Source: Podarcis gaigeae (taxonomy: Eukaryota). Taken from it: a stretch of DNA of 64,000 nt. A program made the position numbers and the translations under genes. Numbering within the stretch: position 1 is the first letter of the stretch; every line of letters begins with the position of its first letter. Of the stretch, positions 1 to 13,594 are shown one piece after another. The notes beneath the pieces are model-generated. The model searched no databases. It was given only the letters and a program-made list of their open reading frames with translations, and was not told the DNA's origin. Where the stretch lies: NCBI GenBank assembly GCA_964106915.2, contig OZ066927.1; one strand, given 5' to 3'.

Positions 1-149
1 GAAAAGCCTACATCACCTTCAGGCAGCAGCAATGGGCCTCGGGAGTGATTGCCATCTCTTGGCTTGTGCATGTTCACCGGGGGCGTGTCAGAAATACTCT
101 GAAGGAATCGCGACAGAGACACCTGGAGAATTTCTACATCAGGGCCAAG
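1..149 (+). CDS. IQCH: IQCH coding exon (5'-truncated by the window edge), window exon 1
   Basis: The frame from nt 3 reads [49 protein letters not shown], matching recalled human IQCH (...[14 protein letters not shown]...[17 protein letters not shown]). Donor AAG|gtgtgc at 150, phase 0. Confidence 0.93.
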
Positions 150-1623
150 GTGTGCAAGGCTGCCAGCTGTTCTGGCAGTGCTCCTTCTCTAAACATCACT
201 TGCTTGAGTGGTTGCGTTAAAATGCTACTATTTTTTCATTTAACTGTACACATGTCCAAGCACATTTCATCCTTCATTAGATGTTCAGTCTTCTGTGCAT
301 AAGTTCTCTCCTCAACCCCCTCTTCTCACAAAAAGGAGCGGGGGGGGGGGGTTTCCACCCAGAACTGCTGCCTGTTTCCTCCCCTCTACATACTAGGGGG
401 GCAATTCTTTTTTTTTCTACTTGGGTCACTCTAGTTAGAAAACTATCTAGTTTTTCTAAATGGATTGACAGAGGCTGAAATTAGACGTCGCAATGAATGT
501 GGTATTGTGGCTGAAAATGGCAACCCTATTACATTTCCCCTCCCCATAATTCTATATATTTGTGCATATTGTTCATATTCTTCTTAACATAAAAAAAATT
601 TAAGTGGGGTACAAGAGTACAATAATAAACAGCTAAAAATGAAGAGATGCATATAAAAATACAGTGAAATACTCAATCATCTCTCTTAACTTGCACAATC
701 TGAAAAAACTTTTCAACATCCAGGCTTTCATCATATTCTGAATCACACCCCTTTATCCTGGCCATTGAGACCTAAGATGTGTGTTTCAGGACCCACCCTA
801 TTCCTGAGACTAATAACTTTAATAATAAAAATATTAATAAATTTGGAATGAGCCTAACATGGGCAGTGTCCAGTGAAATGCTTCTGTTGGTGCAACAAAA
901 CGTGCCCCATCTCTCTCCTCTAGGCCCTTCCCAAGTCTGGAGAGTTGGGTCACTCTAGGGCAGACTGGGAGGCCACTTAGGGAGAGCAGTTGGACAGGAA
1001 ATTCCCTTTTATGGCCAAAAGTAGCAAAAGCATTTTGTTGGATACCACCCTGTGCTTCCATTTAGAAATGGTACAGGGGAGTGTAGGGTGTACTTGATTC
1101 AGTGCTGCCATTTTGGGTAGCAAAGCACACATCTGTCTTCCAGTCTAGTTCCACTCTTTTCTCCCTTCATCTATGTTTTCTCTCTGCCTGACCTTTCCTC
1201 TCCCCTTACACCTGTGCTGTGCACTTGATTTGGGGGGGGGGGGGCGGTTGGAGGGTGGAGAGAATTCTCACTTGCTTCTGTAGCAGTCCCTACTTTGTCA
1301 GAAAGTACTTAAGTTTGCAGACAGGCTTTTAATTAGTGCTCACCATTTCATTTATGTTTGCTTTCTTTTTTTTCATTCATATTCTGTTAATTAAGTGATC
1401 AGCCTCTAATCTTCCCCTGCCAGTAGCTTCATGTAGCCATCTAATTAAATTAATTGGGGAAGATGTTTTAAGTATGTGATTAAATCAATTAATATAATTT
1501 ATGCCTGGCTTAACTGTACAGTGGGAAAAGGGAAGGGGGGGAGGGAAACAGCTGAAGTTTGACTGGATTGTATCCGCCACAGCTTCCCCCTGTCACTGAT
1601 CAATGCCTTCTCTTGATTTTTAG

Positions 1624-1752
<129 letters not shown>

Positions 1753-1760
1753 TGATTGAG

Positions 1761-1980
1761 NNNNNNNNNNNNNNNNNNNNNNNNNNNNNNNNNNNNNNNN
1801 NNNNNNNNNNNNNNNNNNNNNNNNNNNNNNNNNNNNNNNNNNNNNNNNNNNNNNNNNNNNNNNNNNNNNNNNNNNNNNNNNNNNNNNNNNNNNNNNNNNN
1901 NNNNNNNNNNNNNNNNNNNNNNNNNNNNNNNNNNNNNNNNNNNNNNNNNNNNNNNNNNNNNNNNNNNNNNNNNNNNNNNN
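1761..1980. other. Assembly gap (220 N)
   Basis: Run of N. Confidence 1.
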
Positions 1981-3329
1981 TTCTTCCCCCCTCCCCTCCC
2001 CTCAATATAGCAGATAATGTTTCCAGTATCCGTTAATGACAGGGGGGACATGGGCTTGCCTGCTTCGTTGCTATTACACCAATAAACTGGGGTCTCGCTT
2101 GCGCCCTGTTTTTAATCAAATGTGCAGTCAAAATGATAAGCTGCATTCTCTGAAATTATTTAGTTCTAATTACGAGCAGATGGGATGCTTTATTTGCACC
2201 TTGGGCGCCTGAGCAAAAGGAGATGCTATGTGCACAAGAATAATTAAGAAGTTGAATAGTGGGGTTTTTCCCCCCATACTTAAATAATCTGCAGTTTCAT
2301 GTTAATTAGCGCTAATGTAATTATTTAATTACATTTATGAATTGGGGGGCTTTAAAAAGTCTTTCCTGGAAAGTGATGGGGTAGCCTGAGTGTTTTTTCA
2401 AAAGGGTAGAAATATTCTCTCTAGGAAATTGGTGAAAATATAAGCCATGGTCACAGATTTTAAAATCCACTTAAATTCAGGAAATCTAGTTGGCTTAATC
2501 CAAAGGAGTGAAAACTATGTAAGAAGTATTAAATGCTTCTCTTCAATATATGCATCTTTGCTCTTGCTTATGGTTTCAGCTTGACGGGGGGGGGGGGGGG
2601 GCGGAACCTCTGGGGTGACTTGGCTGGCACAAAATGAACAGAATGAAGGGGCAATTTCATAGCTGTGAATGTCCCAACAATTGTTTGCAATCCGTTGGTC
2701 TTATTCAGTCATTCCTCTTCAAAGCCACATGTAAAGTGTCACAGTGGTTTGGAATATGCAGCCTAGCTTTCTTTTCTATCATAGTACCTTATCATTTTAT
2801 TTTGTAGTTTCTACTGCTCTTGACCTAAAATGCAAAGAGGAGTTGGGCAATAATTTTTATGGCTGGGAAACAAACATTTTTAGATCTTCGGAATCAGACG
2901 TCAGCAATATTACCACATGCTTAGTGCTTTTAGAAGTCCTTTCTAATTCTTTTGATATAATAAAAATAGATGAAGATTTTTCTGCAAGTGAGCCCCATTA
3001 ATATTCTATATAACCTTTTGCTTTCTGTTACCTCTAGCAAAATATACAAATGTCATTGGAGATTATGCAAATGTCTTGAAGATGTTTTTTAAAGAAATAA
3101 TTTGTTTCTCCTTTTTGAGAACATTTGACAGAAAAATAAAATGTTGGTGCTATAACTAAAGGGGTAGCAATTAGCGTCTTTAGAATATTTGCACTTTAAA
3201 AAGACCATTTCCGTTTCAAAATTGACATTTTGCCTGATCTATGGAGGGCACTTTCTGGCATCCAGGAACCAAACAAATTCTATGTAAGTATCCCACTGAG
3301 TTCTATGTGACTTACTCCCTAGTAAGGCT

Positions 3330-3640
3330 GAGAGAGATACTCCATTCAGTTTGCATTTGAAGATGTATATAGCTAAAGTGTACTTCCTGAAACAATATGT
3401 AAACTGAAACACAGTCATCCTTCCATATTTTAATGTACCCAAATTTTGCAATGCAATCAAGTAATGTGTTGAAAAATGCATATATTAGGTAAATGCATTA
3501 TGTTACGAGAAATCACTTCCCAAAATGTGTGTATTAGGTGACATTGCATACAATAATCTATATATAAAGATAACTTTGCACTAAAATGCTGGTGAATTTT
3601 CAGGACATAAAAAAAAAGAATCCACAAACTAATGTAACAC
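3330..3640 (+). repeat. Same AT-rich interspersed repeat, partial copy
   Basis: ttcagtttgcattt...aattttgcaatgc...aaaatgctggtgaattttca. Confidence 0.55.
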
Positions 3641-3647
3641 TTTTAGC

Positions 3648-3650
3648 TCT

Positions 3651-3693
<43 letters not shown>

Positions 3694-3721
3694 CTCTTTC
3701 TCTCTTTCTCTCTTTCTCTCT
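3648..3721. repeat. (TTTC)n/(TC)n microsatellite
   Basis: Direct reading. Confidence 0.95.
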
Positions 3722-5983
3722 TTTAAAGGAATCTTTTTCAGCTTTTAATACAACTCCACCATAAATATTTGTATCAAATGGATACTTAACTGTTGTTTTT
3801 ACCACACTATCAGACCACTCCTCTCCACTCACAAGTGTGTGTTGGTATAAAAAAACCAAACATCATTTTTGTCCATATGGCAAGTAGCCACATCCTTAGA
3901 TTGGCAATCATAACTATACGTACTGGACATAAATTCAGATGAGTGAGGCATTTTTCCCAGTTTGTCAGTTTCTCTGTAGCAGCAAATGCTTGAGAAAAAG
4001 AATCACCACAGTACACAAAAAGAATTATCACATAGCACAAAACATGCCATTAAACTGGTATTTCTGGAACGTTATGTTGGCGTTTGCTAATGTTTCAGCT
4101 TGGGCAGCAGGCTAAACTTGCATTTCACAATATTTGTAGATAAAGCTAAAGCAAATATATTTGTTCCTTTGCTGCTTTTGTGTGCAAGCCATGTTACTGG
4201 CAACTTTGTCTTTGAAAGAGTCAGTCACTTTAAGAATAGAAATGAAAGTGCAAAAAATCAAAGCACACCATGTGCCCTTCCTTGATCACGGTGTATCTTG
4301 TGAATGTTATGCTTTGATTCTTGAGCATCAAGGAACAGTATTGTTGAGGAACAGCCATAATTCTAACATTAATAGTTTGCCTGAGTTTAAGAGACACTTG
4401 TTGAGAGTGCAGGATGGGGAGACAATGCATTTTCTGTAAGCAGCTTGCTATAATGATGCTTTCTCTTTAAAAAACAGCTGGTATTAAAAATGGTGTGCAT
4501 ATAGTTTTTAACTTATGTAAACCTTTGGAATTGGAAAAACGAAATGACATTTTGATTAGTTGGGTATGTGGTTCATTTTTCTCTGTACATATTCAGCTTA
4601 TCTTGATGGCAGTACAGGCAAAATGCCTTGTAAATTTTCAGTGCAATTTTGGGGAAATAAAATCACTCCATCAACAACAATTTATTCATCTATTGACCAT
4701 AATATTTAACAAGCCAAAGACAGGTCAAGGGGGGAAATGTAGTAATCGGTTTCAAAAATAATTTGAATTATCAAGCATTAAAAGTCTAGTATTAATAACA
4801 ATATTTAAGAATTTAGCTAATAACAAATGATATTTTCCCTTTGAAATGTCATCTTAGTGGCCCATTTCATTTGCAGTAATACTGAAGGGCAGTAACATAG
4901 GTTGCATTCATTGTGAGAGAATTTCTGTGATTTTAGAATAATTCTTCCACTTGGATGTTTTATTTTCAAATGAATGACAGATCCCCTCCCTGCACTACAT
5001 AATATTTAATATTTAAATCTATGGCTGTGCTTAATCTACTGCCTTGTCCAGTTCCCTTCCATTATCTGTCGTAACCTCTAGGAAATCTCCCGATTACACA
5101 GAGGACCGTTCTATGAACACATTAGGCAAATGCCATAGTGGGATGCAGTTCTTCAATAAAATACATTCCATCCTGTTTCCTAAATTAACATGTGAATTTT
5201 AAAAATTAATACTACTTTTGAAATTTCAATAAGGCGTTCCGGCCATGATTTATGGGTTATGATGGTGCAGAAAGGGGTTCTCACCAAGTCAAATGCTGGG
5301 CTATTGTGGTGTTACATCCTAATAAAATAAACAGTTCTGCTCCTCAGCACAGCTCTGGTGAAGCTGCATATAATGTGTGATTATGGAAGCATTCCCTTCT
5401 CCCCTTAACCCCACTAACTCATCTTAAACCTCCTTTAGCTGTTGAATGGGAGTTTTGTTTCTGACTACTGCACAGTTTTGCTACACATGTGCAGAGCAGT
5501 GAGGGTCACAAAGGCAGTTCCTCAGTACAAGGAGCCCTGCTTGGCAGTTCCTAGAAGGCTGTGATCTTACTGTGAGACCAGTGGATTTCCAGAATAAAAC
5601 CTAGCATCTACTCGTGGGCTGAATGTGGCTGCCTGGAGAAGATCTGCCTTTTAGACCCAAGTCCACCAGCATCCTTCAGCAGATCACAGTTTCCTGTTGT
5701 ATAATTTTTTTTTTACATATAGATGCCTCTGTGGTAGTTAAGTTGGCAGGCGGCTGGATTCTCACCACTGGTGCTGTGCTTTTCAGTGTGCCCATCCTCC
5801 CCATAAGCAAGTAAAAAAGTGGGGAATGGGCAGGAGATTTGGACCCTCTAGTAATATTCATGAGCTCCACAGAGAGCTTCTGAAGATTTACTGCTCAATT
5901 TCTGCTCATAATTCTCCTTTGGAAATGTGTAGTCTTCATGCACATTGCAGCAATATTGCTATCTCTACTATATGCTCATAACA

Positions 5984-6128
5984 TGGGGCTGCTCAGTCGG
6001 TAGAGCATGAGGCTTTTAATTCCAGGGTCGTGGGTTCAAGTGCCAGGTTGGGCAAAAGATTCCTGCATTTCAGGGGTTGGACTAGATGACCCCTGTGACC
6101 TCTCCCAACTCTGTGATTCTACACTTCT
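5984..6128 (+). mobile_element. tRNA-Lys-derived SINE with CR1-like tail (lacertid POM/Squam2-like)
   Basis: The head gctcagtcggtagagcatgaggcttttaattccagggtcgtgggttcaag resembles tRNA-Lys with A and B boxes. The tail ggggttggactagatgacc...ccaactctgtgattct is CR1-like. Confidence 0.8.
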
Positions 6129-6144
6129 ATGTTTTTGTGCTAAG

Positions 6145-6250
6145 GCCGCCTTTGCCTGCCTGATGCCCTCCATATATTTTAGACTGCAACTGGGATTAAT
6201 GGGAGTTGTAGTTCAAAGAAAATGGAGGGCACCAGGTCTATGAAGGCTGT
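6145..6250. mobile_element. hAT-type MITE (actacaactccc family)
   Basis: gccctcca...atgggagttgtagttc...tggagggcacc...gaaggctg. Confidence 0.65.
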
Positions 6251-8634
6251 GCTAAGATTTGCCACCCATCCACCAATGCTTCCTTTAAGGTACCAGAGGC
6301 TTCTCACTATTAGAATCAGGTAGGTGTGTGCTGTGGGAAGGTCAGGCTGTACCTCATATCTCCTGGTTTAGGGATTCCTGGTCGTGACACCAGGATAATG
6401 TCACAAACAGTGCACATGGCACTATTAATTAAGGACATGCATCCTGATAGCTTATTCAGACCAGCTTGGCGTGTTAGTTTCAAAACAGATTTCTGTTTTT
6501 CTTGTCAAGCTTTGGCAGATTTTGCTTTTTCACTCAGGATCTAATAATTAATCATCATGTTGGGGAGCAGAAGGAACTTCCCTTTAGGGGAAACTGCTGG
6601 GCTACCTTTCACCTTCCATTGTGGCTCATAGTTTGGTTTGCTCACGTGAGCATCTGGAAAGGATTTGCTAAACTTTCTCCTTGCTCTGCTACCATCTTGT
6701 TGCACCTTTGGTTATTCCTTCAGATCGTCCAGGCCATCTGAGATGATAACTCAGATTGCTAACTTAAGTGCCTTTATTTTGGTATACGCTTCCATTTCCT
6801 CAGCCATACTCCCACACCCCAAGAAATATGTTTAGGAACACAGTATTGTGGGTTATGATATGGAGGATACTAATCCAGTTAAGGAGATTGGTTGCTTAAG
6901 GTTACTTTCTGATAGCTTCTTCTGTTAACACAAATTATAACTAAATAGAACTTGAGTTGTAGCATATGCCATACACCTTTACATAGTCTTTACCTGATGT
7001 TAGATATGAACGACAGAGAAAAGCTTTTGTTTTCATACTCTGCATGTAAATTTTCCAAAAGCTCTGTTTACTGTTGGAAGCATGATGCATACATATATAT
7101 GCTCATATAATAATTTTTTTCAGTGCTCAAGTTTTGAATTTTCACCCACCCTCCCCACACAGACAAACATACAGATTTGTGTCTAGAATGTCTACTACTG
7201 CTGCTTTTCCAAAATATAAACCATTGAGGACAATTTTTCCATGTAGCATTTTTTTCCAGGAATTTTGACCACGTTTCTGAAGATTCTTGGTACATTAGTC
7301 ATATGGAAAAGGCATTGCTTTAATCTTGTTAGCAAACCATTCAAGAACCCACATCAAGCCTGTGTTTGTTAAGCAGCACTTGCTATTGATTTCATGACAG
7401 GTCTTTCTTTTGCCAATTGATCTTTTTTGTTTGTTTACATTAGGACAGTTTTTAGGCAGGCTAACATTGAATTAGCTAAGTTTAAAGTTGTAAATTGGAC
7501 ATACTAACAAGGCGCTATGTATATACCATTTTGAAGGAAATAATGTCATTGGTTTGTAGTAATGGTTCTATCTTTGACAGTTTATGCATCCTATGTACTC
7601 ATTTTCAGTCTGATAACAAAGAAAAGGTTTGCCATCCCCTAAGCAGTGTGTTCTGGGGAACCCCACACAAGTTTTACTTTAACAAACGGGGAGCAGAAGT
7701 CCTTAGTTGAATGGGTGAAAAGTGTTCCTGATGTCACAGCTGTTATAAACTAAATATGCATTTAATGAGAGAGAGAGTGTGTGCGAAACTGCAAAAAAGA
7801 AAAAACAACTTATAAAGGAAAATGTCTCAAGTTGCTCTATCAAAAAAGAGCCTTGCTTTTAATGAGTTATTTATCTTTTACATTTTTAAAATTAAAATAC
7901 ATATGGATGCATTTTGGTCTGCTGAATGAATTTTATGTAGATTTAACATCACAGTCTCCTTTTAACATGGTTCTGTTTGTGTGTGGTATTATCCAATAAT
8001 AATGCAAATAACCTAGTTTTGTTCATTGTCTTCTGTTACGCAAAACCTTAGTCCATGGCTTGCTTTTGGAGAAGTGATAGTAAACAAGACAATTAAAAAT
8101 CTTAAATTAGGAATGCTATGTTTGAACCTGGGGATGCCTCATTTCTCCTGTTTCTGAACAGTATTACAGAGAGATGTGGATATTTTAGGCACTTAGAGAT
8201 TCTTTAAAAGGCTATAGATTAGGTTTCCACTAAAGGGGGAGGGAAATCTAGGCTCCTGCTCTGTTTAATGGAAGTATAATTTGCTGTAATTCACAGGAAA
8301 GAATTTTGACTGCCACATTCAGAAGGAATCCAAGACACAGTTTTATCACATTTCAGTTGGATTCAAAGCCCAGTGCATGTTTGTGATTTTGAGTGTGCAC
8401 AGTAATGTTTTCCATACTTTCTTATTTATTATTTGGATTGTGTAGCTTCATCATGGTGGTCTTGAGGTCTTTTTAGGCAAAAAATGTCTGGACAACTTTT
8501 TTACCAAATATCAACTTCATATGTGGACAGGCTTTGTTCTAAGCAGTGAAGCTGCTACGAAACCTTGACATCAAAATTTCCTAGGTGAGACAAAGAACAC
8601 AGCCATCCAAGTGTACAATCCTAGGTTTAAATTT

Positions 8635-8756
8635 GGGGCTGTAGTCAACTAAGTGTTATACAGAGTAGGCCAGTTGAAATTAATGGACCCAAGTTAGGCA
8701 TATACATTAATTTCAAAGAGTTTACTCTGAGTATGACTAGCACTGGATACAGCCCC
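8635..8756. mobile_element. Short palindromic MITE-like element 60 nt upstream of an IQCH exon
   Basis: Ends ggggctgta / tacagcccc, with internal inverted blocks cagagta..ttgaaattaatg / cattaatttcaa..tactctg. A related piece lies near 39178-39250. Confidence 0.6.
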
Positions 8757-8816
8757 ATGTGTGGAGATCATTGCAAGTGCAATTTGCAGATAATGTGTTG
8801 TTGTGGCTTCTTTCAG

Positions 8817-8900
8817 GGTATGCACATTCTGTTCGAGAGGCGACTCCTGATTTCACTATTTATCAGGGGACACAGTTTGGAAGACTCTGTGAAATACGAG
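8817..8900 (+). CDS. IQCH: IQCH coding exon 3 (84 nt)
   Basis: Acceptor ttctttcag|, peptide (G)YAHSVREATPDFTIYQGTQFGRLCEIR(D), donor GAG|gtacag, phase 1 to 1. Confidence 0.92.
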
Positions 8901-10377
8901 GTACAGACATGCTCCTACTTGTCATACATCCTTCATGTTTCCCAAAAGAAAAAAAGACCCATTTCAGTTGGATACGTGTTTTCAAGCCAAGGCAAGCAAC
9001 CATTTGTTGCCACCAAAGACATATTATTCATTATAGTCACTTATGGACCACTTCCCATCAAGGATCCCAAAGCAGTTTATGGGATACAATTCCAACTCTA
9101 AAGTCACCATGATGGGAATAGATTTAAGAGTAACCATTGTGCAATGATTTTGGTTCTTCCTTGAAAGCTGATTCCAGACAGGGGTGTTGAGGCAATACTG
9201 TTTGGCACCTTGGCCTTTGGCTAATGGCAGGAATGGCAATGGCACCCACAAAGGCCTGCATTGGTGCCCTGAGGAAGGGACTCCCAAATTTAAGCTTTTG
9301 CGTTATTTTATAAAAAGTACCTAGTCCTCCTAGAAATAAGGCTATGAAGCAAAATGTGCGGGTACCCTTCCATGTGATTTCTGTGAAATGAGCCAGCCTG
9401 GCTGTTCCTACGTGTCAGAACTGAATGAAGTCAGACCTGTGATTGATAAGTGATTTGTTTGGGCACGCAGCAATAGAACCCTGGGGTTCTAAAAAAGCAC
9501 TTCCACCCTCCCCTTTACTGCACTTTCCCTCCTTCAGTCTTATTTTCTAGTAGCTTTTGGAATCCCCACCATTTGCCGTTCCTTTCCCCCCCAGCAACCA
9601 GGACACATCTTTCCTGTTGTGGGTTTGTCTGATATGAGGTACTCCCTAGAAGTTGTTTTCTGCAAATACTATTGCACAATAAGTGCAGGTAGATGTTAAA
9701 TAATCCCCTCCTGAAATGGGAAATGCAAAATGTGAAAACTTTGCAAAGAGGCTTAGGTATGTCTCCTATTGGGCAGGAGTTAATGTTCAGGCACTCATTA
9801 AGAATTCACTGTAAAGTTAACATGTAGTACAGTGGTATATGTCACAATTTCAAAAGTGTTTGCATTTAATGACACTTGCTCCCTGCTAAGTGGGTGCAGA
9901 ATAGCAGCTTAGGGTAAGATTGGTATTGAGGGGAACAGTTCTTTTGTGCCTTTAACAGGTATATTTCCACAATCAGGACCAGAGACTGTGGCTTACTTCC
10001 CATAGTAAACATAAGGTTGCCCCTGGAGGGGCAGAGAGCAGCAATGGCTGTACTCCATCTAATTTTGTATTGTGTCATGCCCCCAATGTTTTGTTATATA
10101 CCATGCCCCATAGCAGCTGTTTTGTGACTGATTCCCTTAGCACTCTCAAGATCCAAACTATGCCCTCTGGTCTGAAAAAGATTGGCAGCTTGTACCTTTG
10201 CTGTGCCTAGGTTGGATTACTACTATGTAAATAGAACTGTATCTGAGGAATCTTTAGGTGCTTAAGTTGGTCCCGAAAGCCGCCACCTAGCCATGGGATC
10301 ACATTACACCAATCCTGCAATTTGCTTCCAGACACAATTCAAAGCATTACCCTTTGGCATATTACCCCACTCCCATG

Positions 10378-10818
10378 GGAGCAGCCACCGAGACCATATA
10401 ACACTGGTCTTGAAAGACCTACATTGGCTCCCAGTATGTTTCCGAGCACAATTCAAAGTGTTTGTGCTGACCTTTAAAGCCCTAAACCGCCTCAGTCCAG
10501 TATACCTGAAGGAGCATCTCCACCTCCATCGTTCTGCCCGGACACTGAGGTCTAGCGCCAAGGGCCTTCTGGCAGTTCCCTCACTGCGAGAAGCCAAGTT
10601 ACAGGGAATCAGGCAGAGGGCCTTCTCGGTAGTGGCACCCGCCCTGTGTAACGCCCTCCCTCCAGATGTCAAAGAGAACAACTACCAGACTTTTAGAAGA
10701 CATCTGAAGGCAGCCCTGTTTAGGGAAGCTTTTAATGTCTGATGGATTACTGTATTTTAATATTTTGTTGGAAGGCACCCAGATGGGTGGGGTATGAATC
10801 ATCATCATCATCATCATG
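10378..10818 (+). mobile_element. L2 LINE 3' end (relatively young)
   Basis: Translates to HITLVLKDLHWLPVCFRAQFKVFVLTFKALN...RAFSVVAPALCNALP...FRRHLKAALF, the L2 ORF2 C-terminus, with an (ATC)n tail. Confidence 0.88.
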
Positions 10819-12513
10819 ATGCATGTTCCCTAAGATAAGAAGGAGTGTCCCTTCTTATTGACTATGCCCAGACTATGAAACTCATGTTTGATTAGCTCCA
10901 TTCCTTGCTTTTTTTGTGCTAGTCATTCAAGACCTTTTTATTCTGGCAGACTTTTGTTGTATGTAGCTGATAATTATTTGTATGTCTTAGTTTTAATTGC
11001 TGATCCTGTTGCTTTTTGATTGTTTTATAAAATTGTAATTTTTAAATGTTCTCAGTGGTGGTTGTGCACCAGACGGGTGGGGTAGAAATGTTTTAATAAA
11101 TACATTTTCCAAAAAAGTCAAATGTGGGTGCTCGGCATTATGCGGAATTGAAGCTATAAATAATTTCACAACAAGGTTTTCCTTTGAAGGGTTGCAAGGA
11201 GGTGTTCCCTTATTTAAAGTATTCAAAAGGAAATATTATAAGTGAACAGGAGACAACAAGGGACATGAACTAAACTGGGGAGGGTCCCCTGTGTGGCAGC
11301 CCTTCCTTAAGCAAAGGAACAAAGAATATTAATTTGTCAATGGGCAACTTTTCTGGCTCCCCAGAATGACATACTTTACATGATTCATTTATATTTCAGC
11401 ATCATTATTATTTCATAAATGCCATTTAGTGAATTTTGCACAAAAATGTATTAGTTCTGAAAATTTACAGGAGTCTAAAATAATCACTTAATTGCCTTTA
11501 TATATTATGAAGGCACTAATGTTTCGTCCTCAGTGCGGTTCTTTTATGTGGTAGTGTTTATTTTAGGAAAGATTTGTTACTTCTGAATGAATGGGAAAGT
11601 TGCAGGCACCATGTCACACTACCACTTGGAAGGCTTGCGGCTCCTTCTATTAAAAACCTCCTTCCCCCTCTTAGTTTATTGCAACTGTCTCCCACCTTTC
11701 CCCAAGGAGCTGCCTGGGAGATATTAAAAGACTACTTTCTCAAATTCCCACTTGGGTTACATGTGTATTTGGGCTGTCCCTCCAAAATGGATCTTCACCT
11801 GGGCAAAGGATAGCTTCAAATCAGCCACACAGCAGTCTACAGCATGCAGGAAATATCAGGAGACTGGAGTAATTGGGGTGTGTGTGTGTGATTATTTCAG
11901 TTATATGCCCTTGGGACTTATGCTACAGTAAGAGACCCTTAGATTTTGCCAAAAGCTTCACAGAAACCATTTTGAGGAGGATTTAAAGGAAGTGAGAAGT
12001 AACATCACCAAGGTATATTAGGAAGCATTTCCCAATATCCATGGCAGCAGAGGAGGAAGGGTAGGGTCATTCTAGGGTGCAGGTGGAAGCTGGAGCTGGG
12101 GGAGTAAAGATCACTGGCAGGGATTTAGAGACCAATGAGAGCAGAGAGAAGGGAAGGCCATGAACACTGTTCTAAGCCATGCACTGAAGACTGGTGGTTC
12201 AGCAAGTGGTGACAGCAGTGGGAAACAAATAAAAAGTTAAAGGCAAAAAAGGCAGCATTTCTAGCACGGAGTAGCTAGATTGGAGGAGTGTTTTGTGACT
12301 CACCTCTGGGAAAGATTTTCTTGGCTTCTCCATGAGTGGAGAGAACACGAAAACTCAGGAGGCAAATTGGGGAAGATGTTTTTTGTTAAGTCATATGCCT
12401 CCCTCTCCCAACACTGTGATACCTTTTCAATGTCAAAGTGTGTACAGACACTAACTAGTAGTTATTCACACATTTCCACTGTGAAATCTAGTTTGGCTTT
12501 AACATAATACGGC

Positions 12514-12750
12514 AGGAACATAAGAAGAGACCTGCTGGATCAGGCCAAATATCCCTCTAGGCCATCTAGATGTCCATGGGAAGCTTGCAAACAGAACCTG
12601 ATAGCAAAAGCATTCTCCCCACTTGTGGTTCCCAGCACCCGGTATTCAGAGATATACTACCTCTGACAATGGAAGTAGACAGCATAGCCATCCTAGTGAG
12701 TAGCCACTGATAGCCTTATCCTCCATGAATTTGTCTAATTCCCTTTTAAT
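12514..12750 (-). mobile_element. CR1 LINE 3' end
   Basis: aggaacataagaagag.cctgctggatcaggcca...gtagccactgatagccttatcctccatgaatttgtctaattccctttta. Shorter related pieces occur near 22224, 23575 and 25550. Confidence 0.75.
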
Positions 12751-13418
12751 GTCAGGTGTGTCTTCCTGGGGAGAGCATTCTGCTGTCAGGGAACCACCAC
12801 TGAAAAGCCTGTTCTTGTGTTGCCACCTACTAACCTCAGAAGTGGCACACAAAAAAGAGCTTCAGATGATGACTGCAAGGTCTAAGTAGGTTCATATGGG
12901 GAGTGGTTGTCCCTAAAGTATTGTGTCTTACACACCATATTGTGTTGTACATTTGACCAAACACACTTCAAGACTTCCTTGTTACAAGATTGGGAGTTCC
13001 TTCCACCATTGGTCTGGGGAATGTATGAAACTGCTGCTTCTGCAACCTTCTCAAAGCTATAAGCTGAATCTACGTTGGTTTTTAATAGCAAATGTTTTCA
13101 AAGCCATGCACAATTCCCATCCATATTAAAACAGGTCATTCAGCTAAGTCTCCCTTGCAACACTTCTGAACTTCTAGCCAACAATCCCACACTCTGTGTT
13201 TTGTGGACTTGGCTCTGAAAACTGGCTGGTTTGTTCTACTTTCTCCAGAGAGAGAGAGAAAAAGAGAGGTTGGAGCAGAGGTGTGTGTGCACACATGTGC
13301 AAAGATACGGATATTTGTAAAATAAATAAAGTGGTTATGAAAATTAATACTGGCAAGCAAAGTTACCTTTCTACCAATAATTAACAGTGAGTCTCCTGTT
13401 CATTTGTTTGTCTTTAAG

Positions 13419-13594
13419 ATCCTAATGTGGACGTCATCTACATTTGCCCCTACCCACTGAGCGATGAGATGCTGCACTATTACAATACATTTTTGGGTCT
13501 GCAGCCAGCTGTTATATCTGGAAGCCCTAAGGACATTGGTGACCTGCAGGACAGGTTCAAAATCCTCACCCCTGAAGCCATAAACAGCTTCCCT
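13419..13594 (+). CDS. IQCH: IQCH coding exon 4 (176 nt)
   Basis: Acceptor tgtctttaag|, peptide (D)PNVDVIYICPYPLSDEMLHYY...DLQDRFKILTPEAINSFP, donor CCT|gtgagt, phase 1 to 0. Confidence 0.95.

Noticed and set aside
1521-1554. PTF1 composite site (E-box plus TC-box)
   Set aside because: The spacing between GTGGGAA and CAGCTG does not fit the helical-turn spacing expected for PTF1.
5984-6055. Possible tRNA-Lys gene
   Set aside because: The acceptor and anticodon stems are degraded, and it continues into a CR1-like tail with no oligo-T terminator, so it is a SINE.
10293-10742. 149-aa ORF as a host gene
   Set aside because: It is the L2 ORF2 C-terminal remnant.
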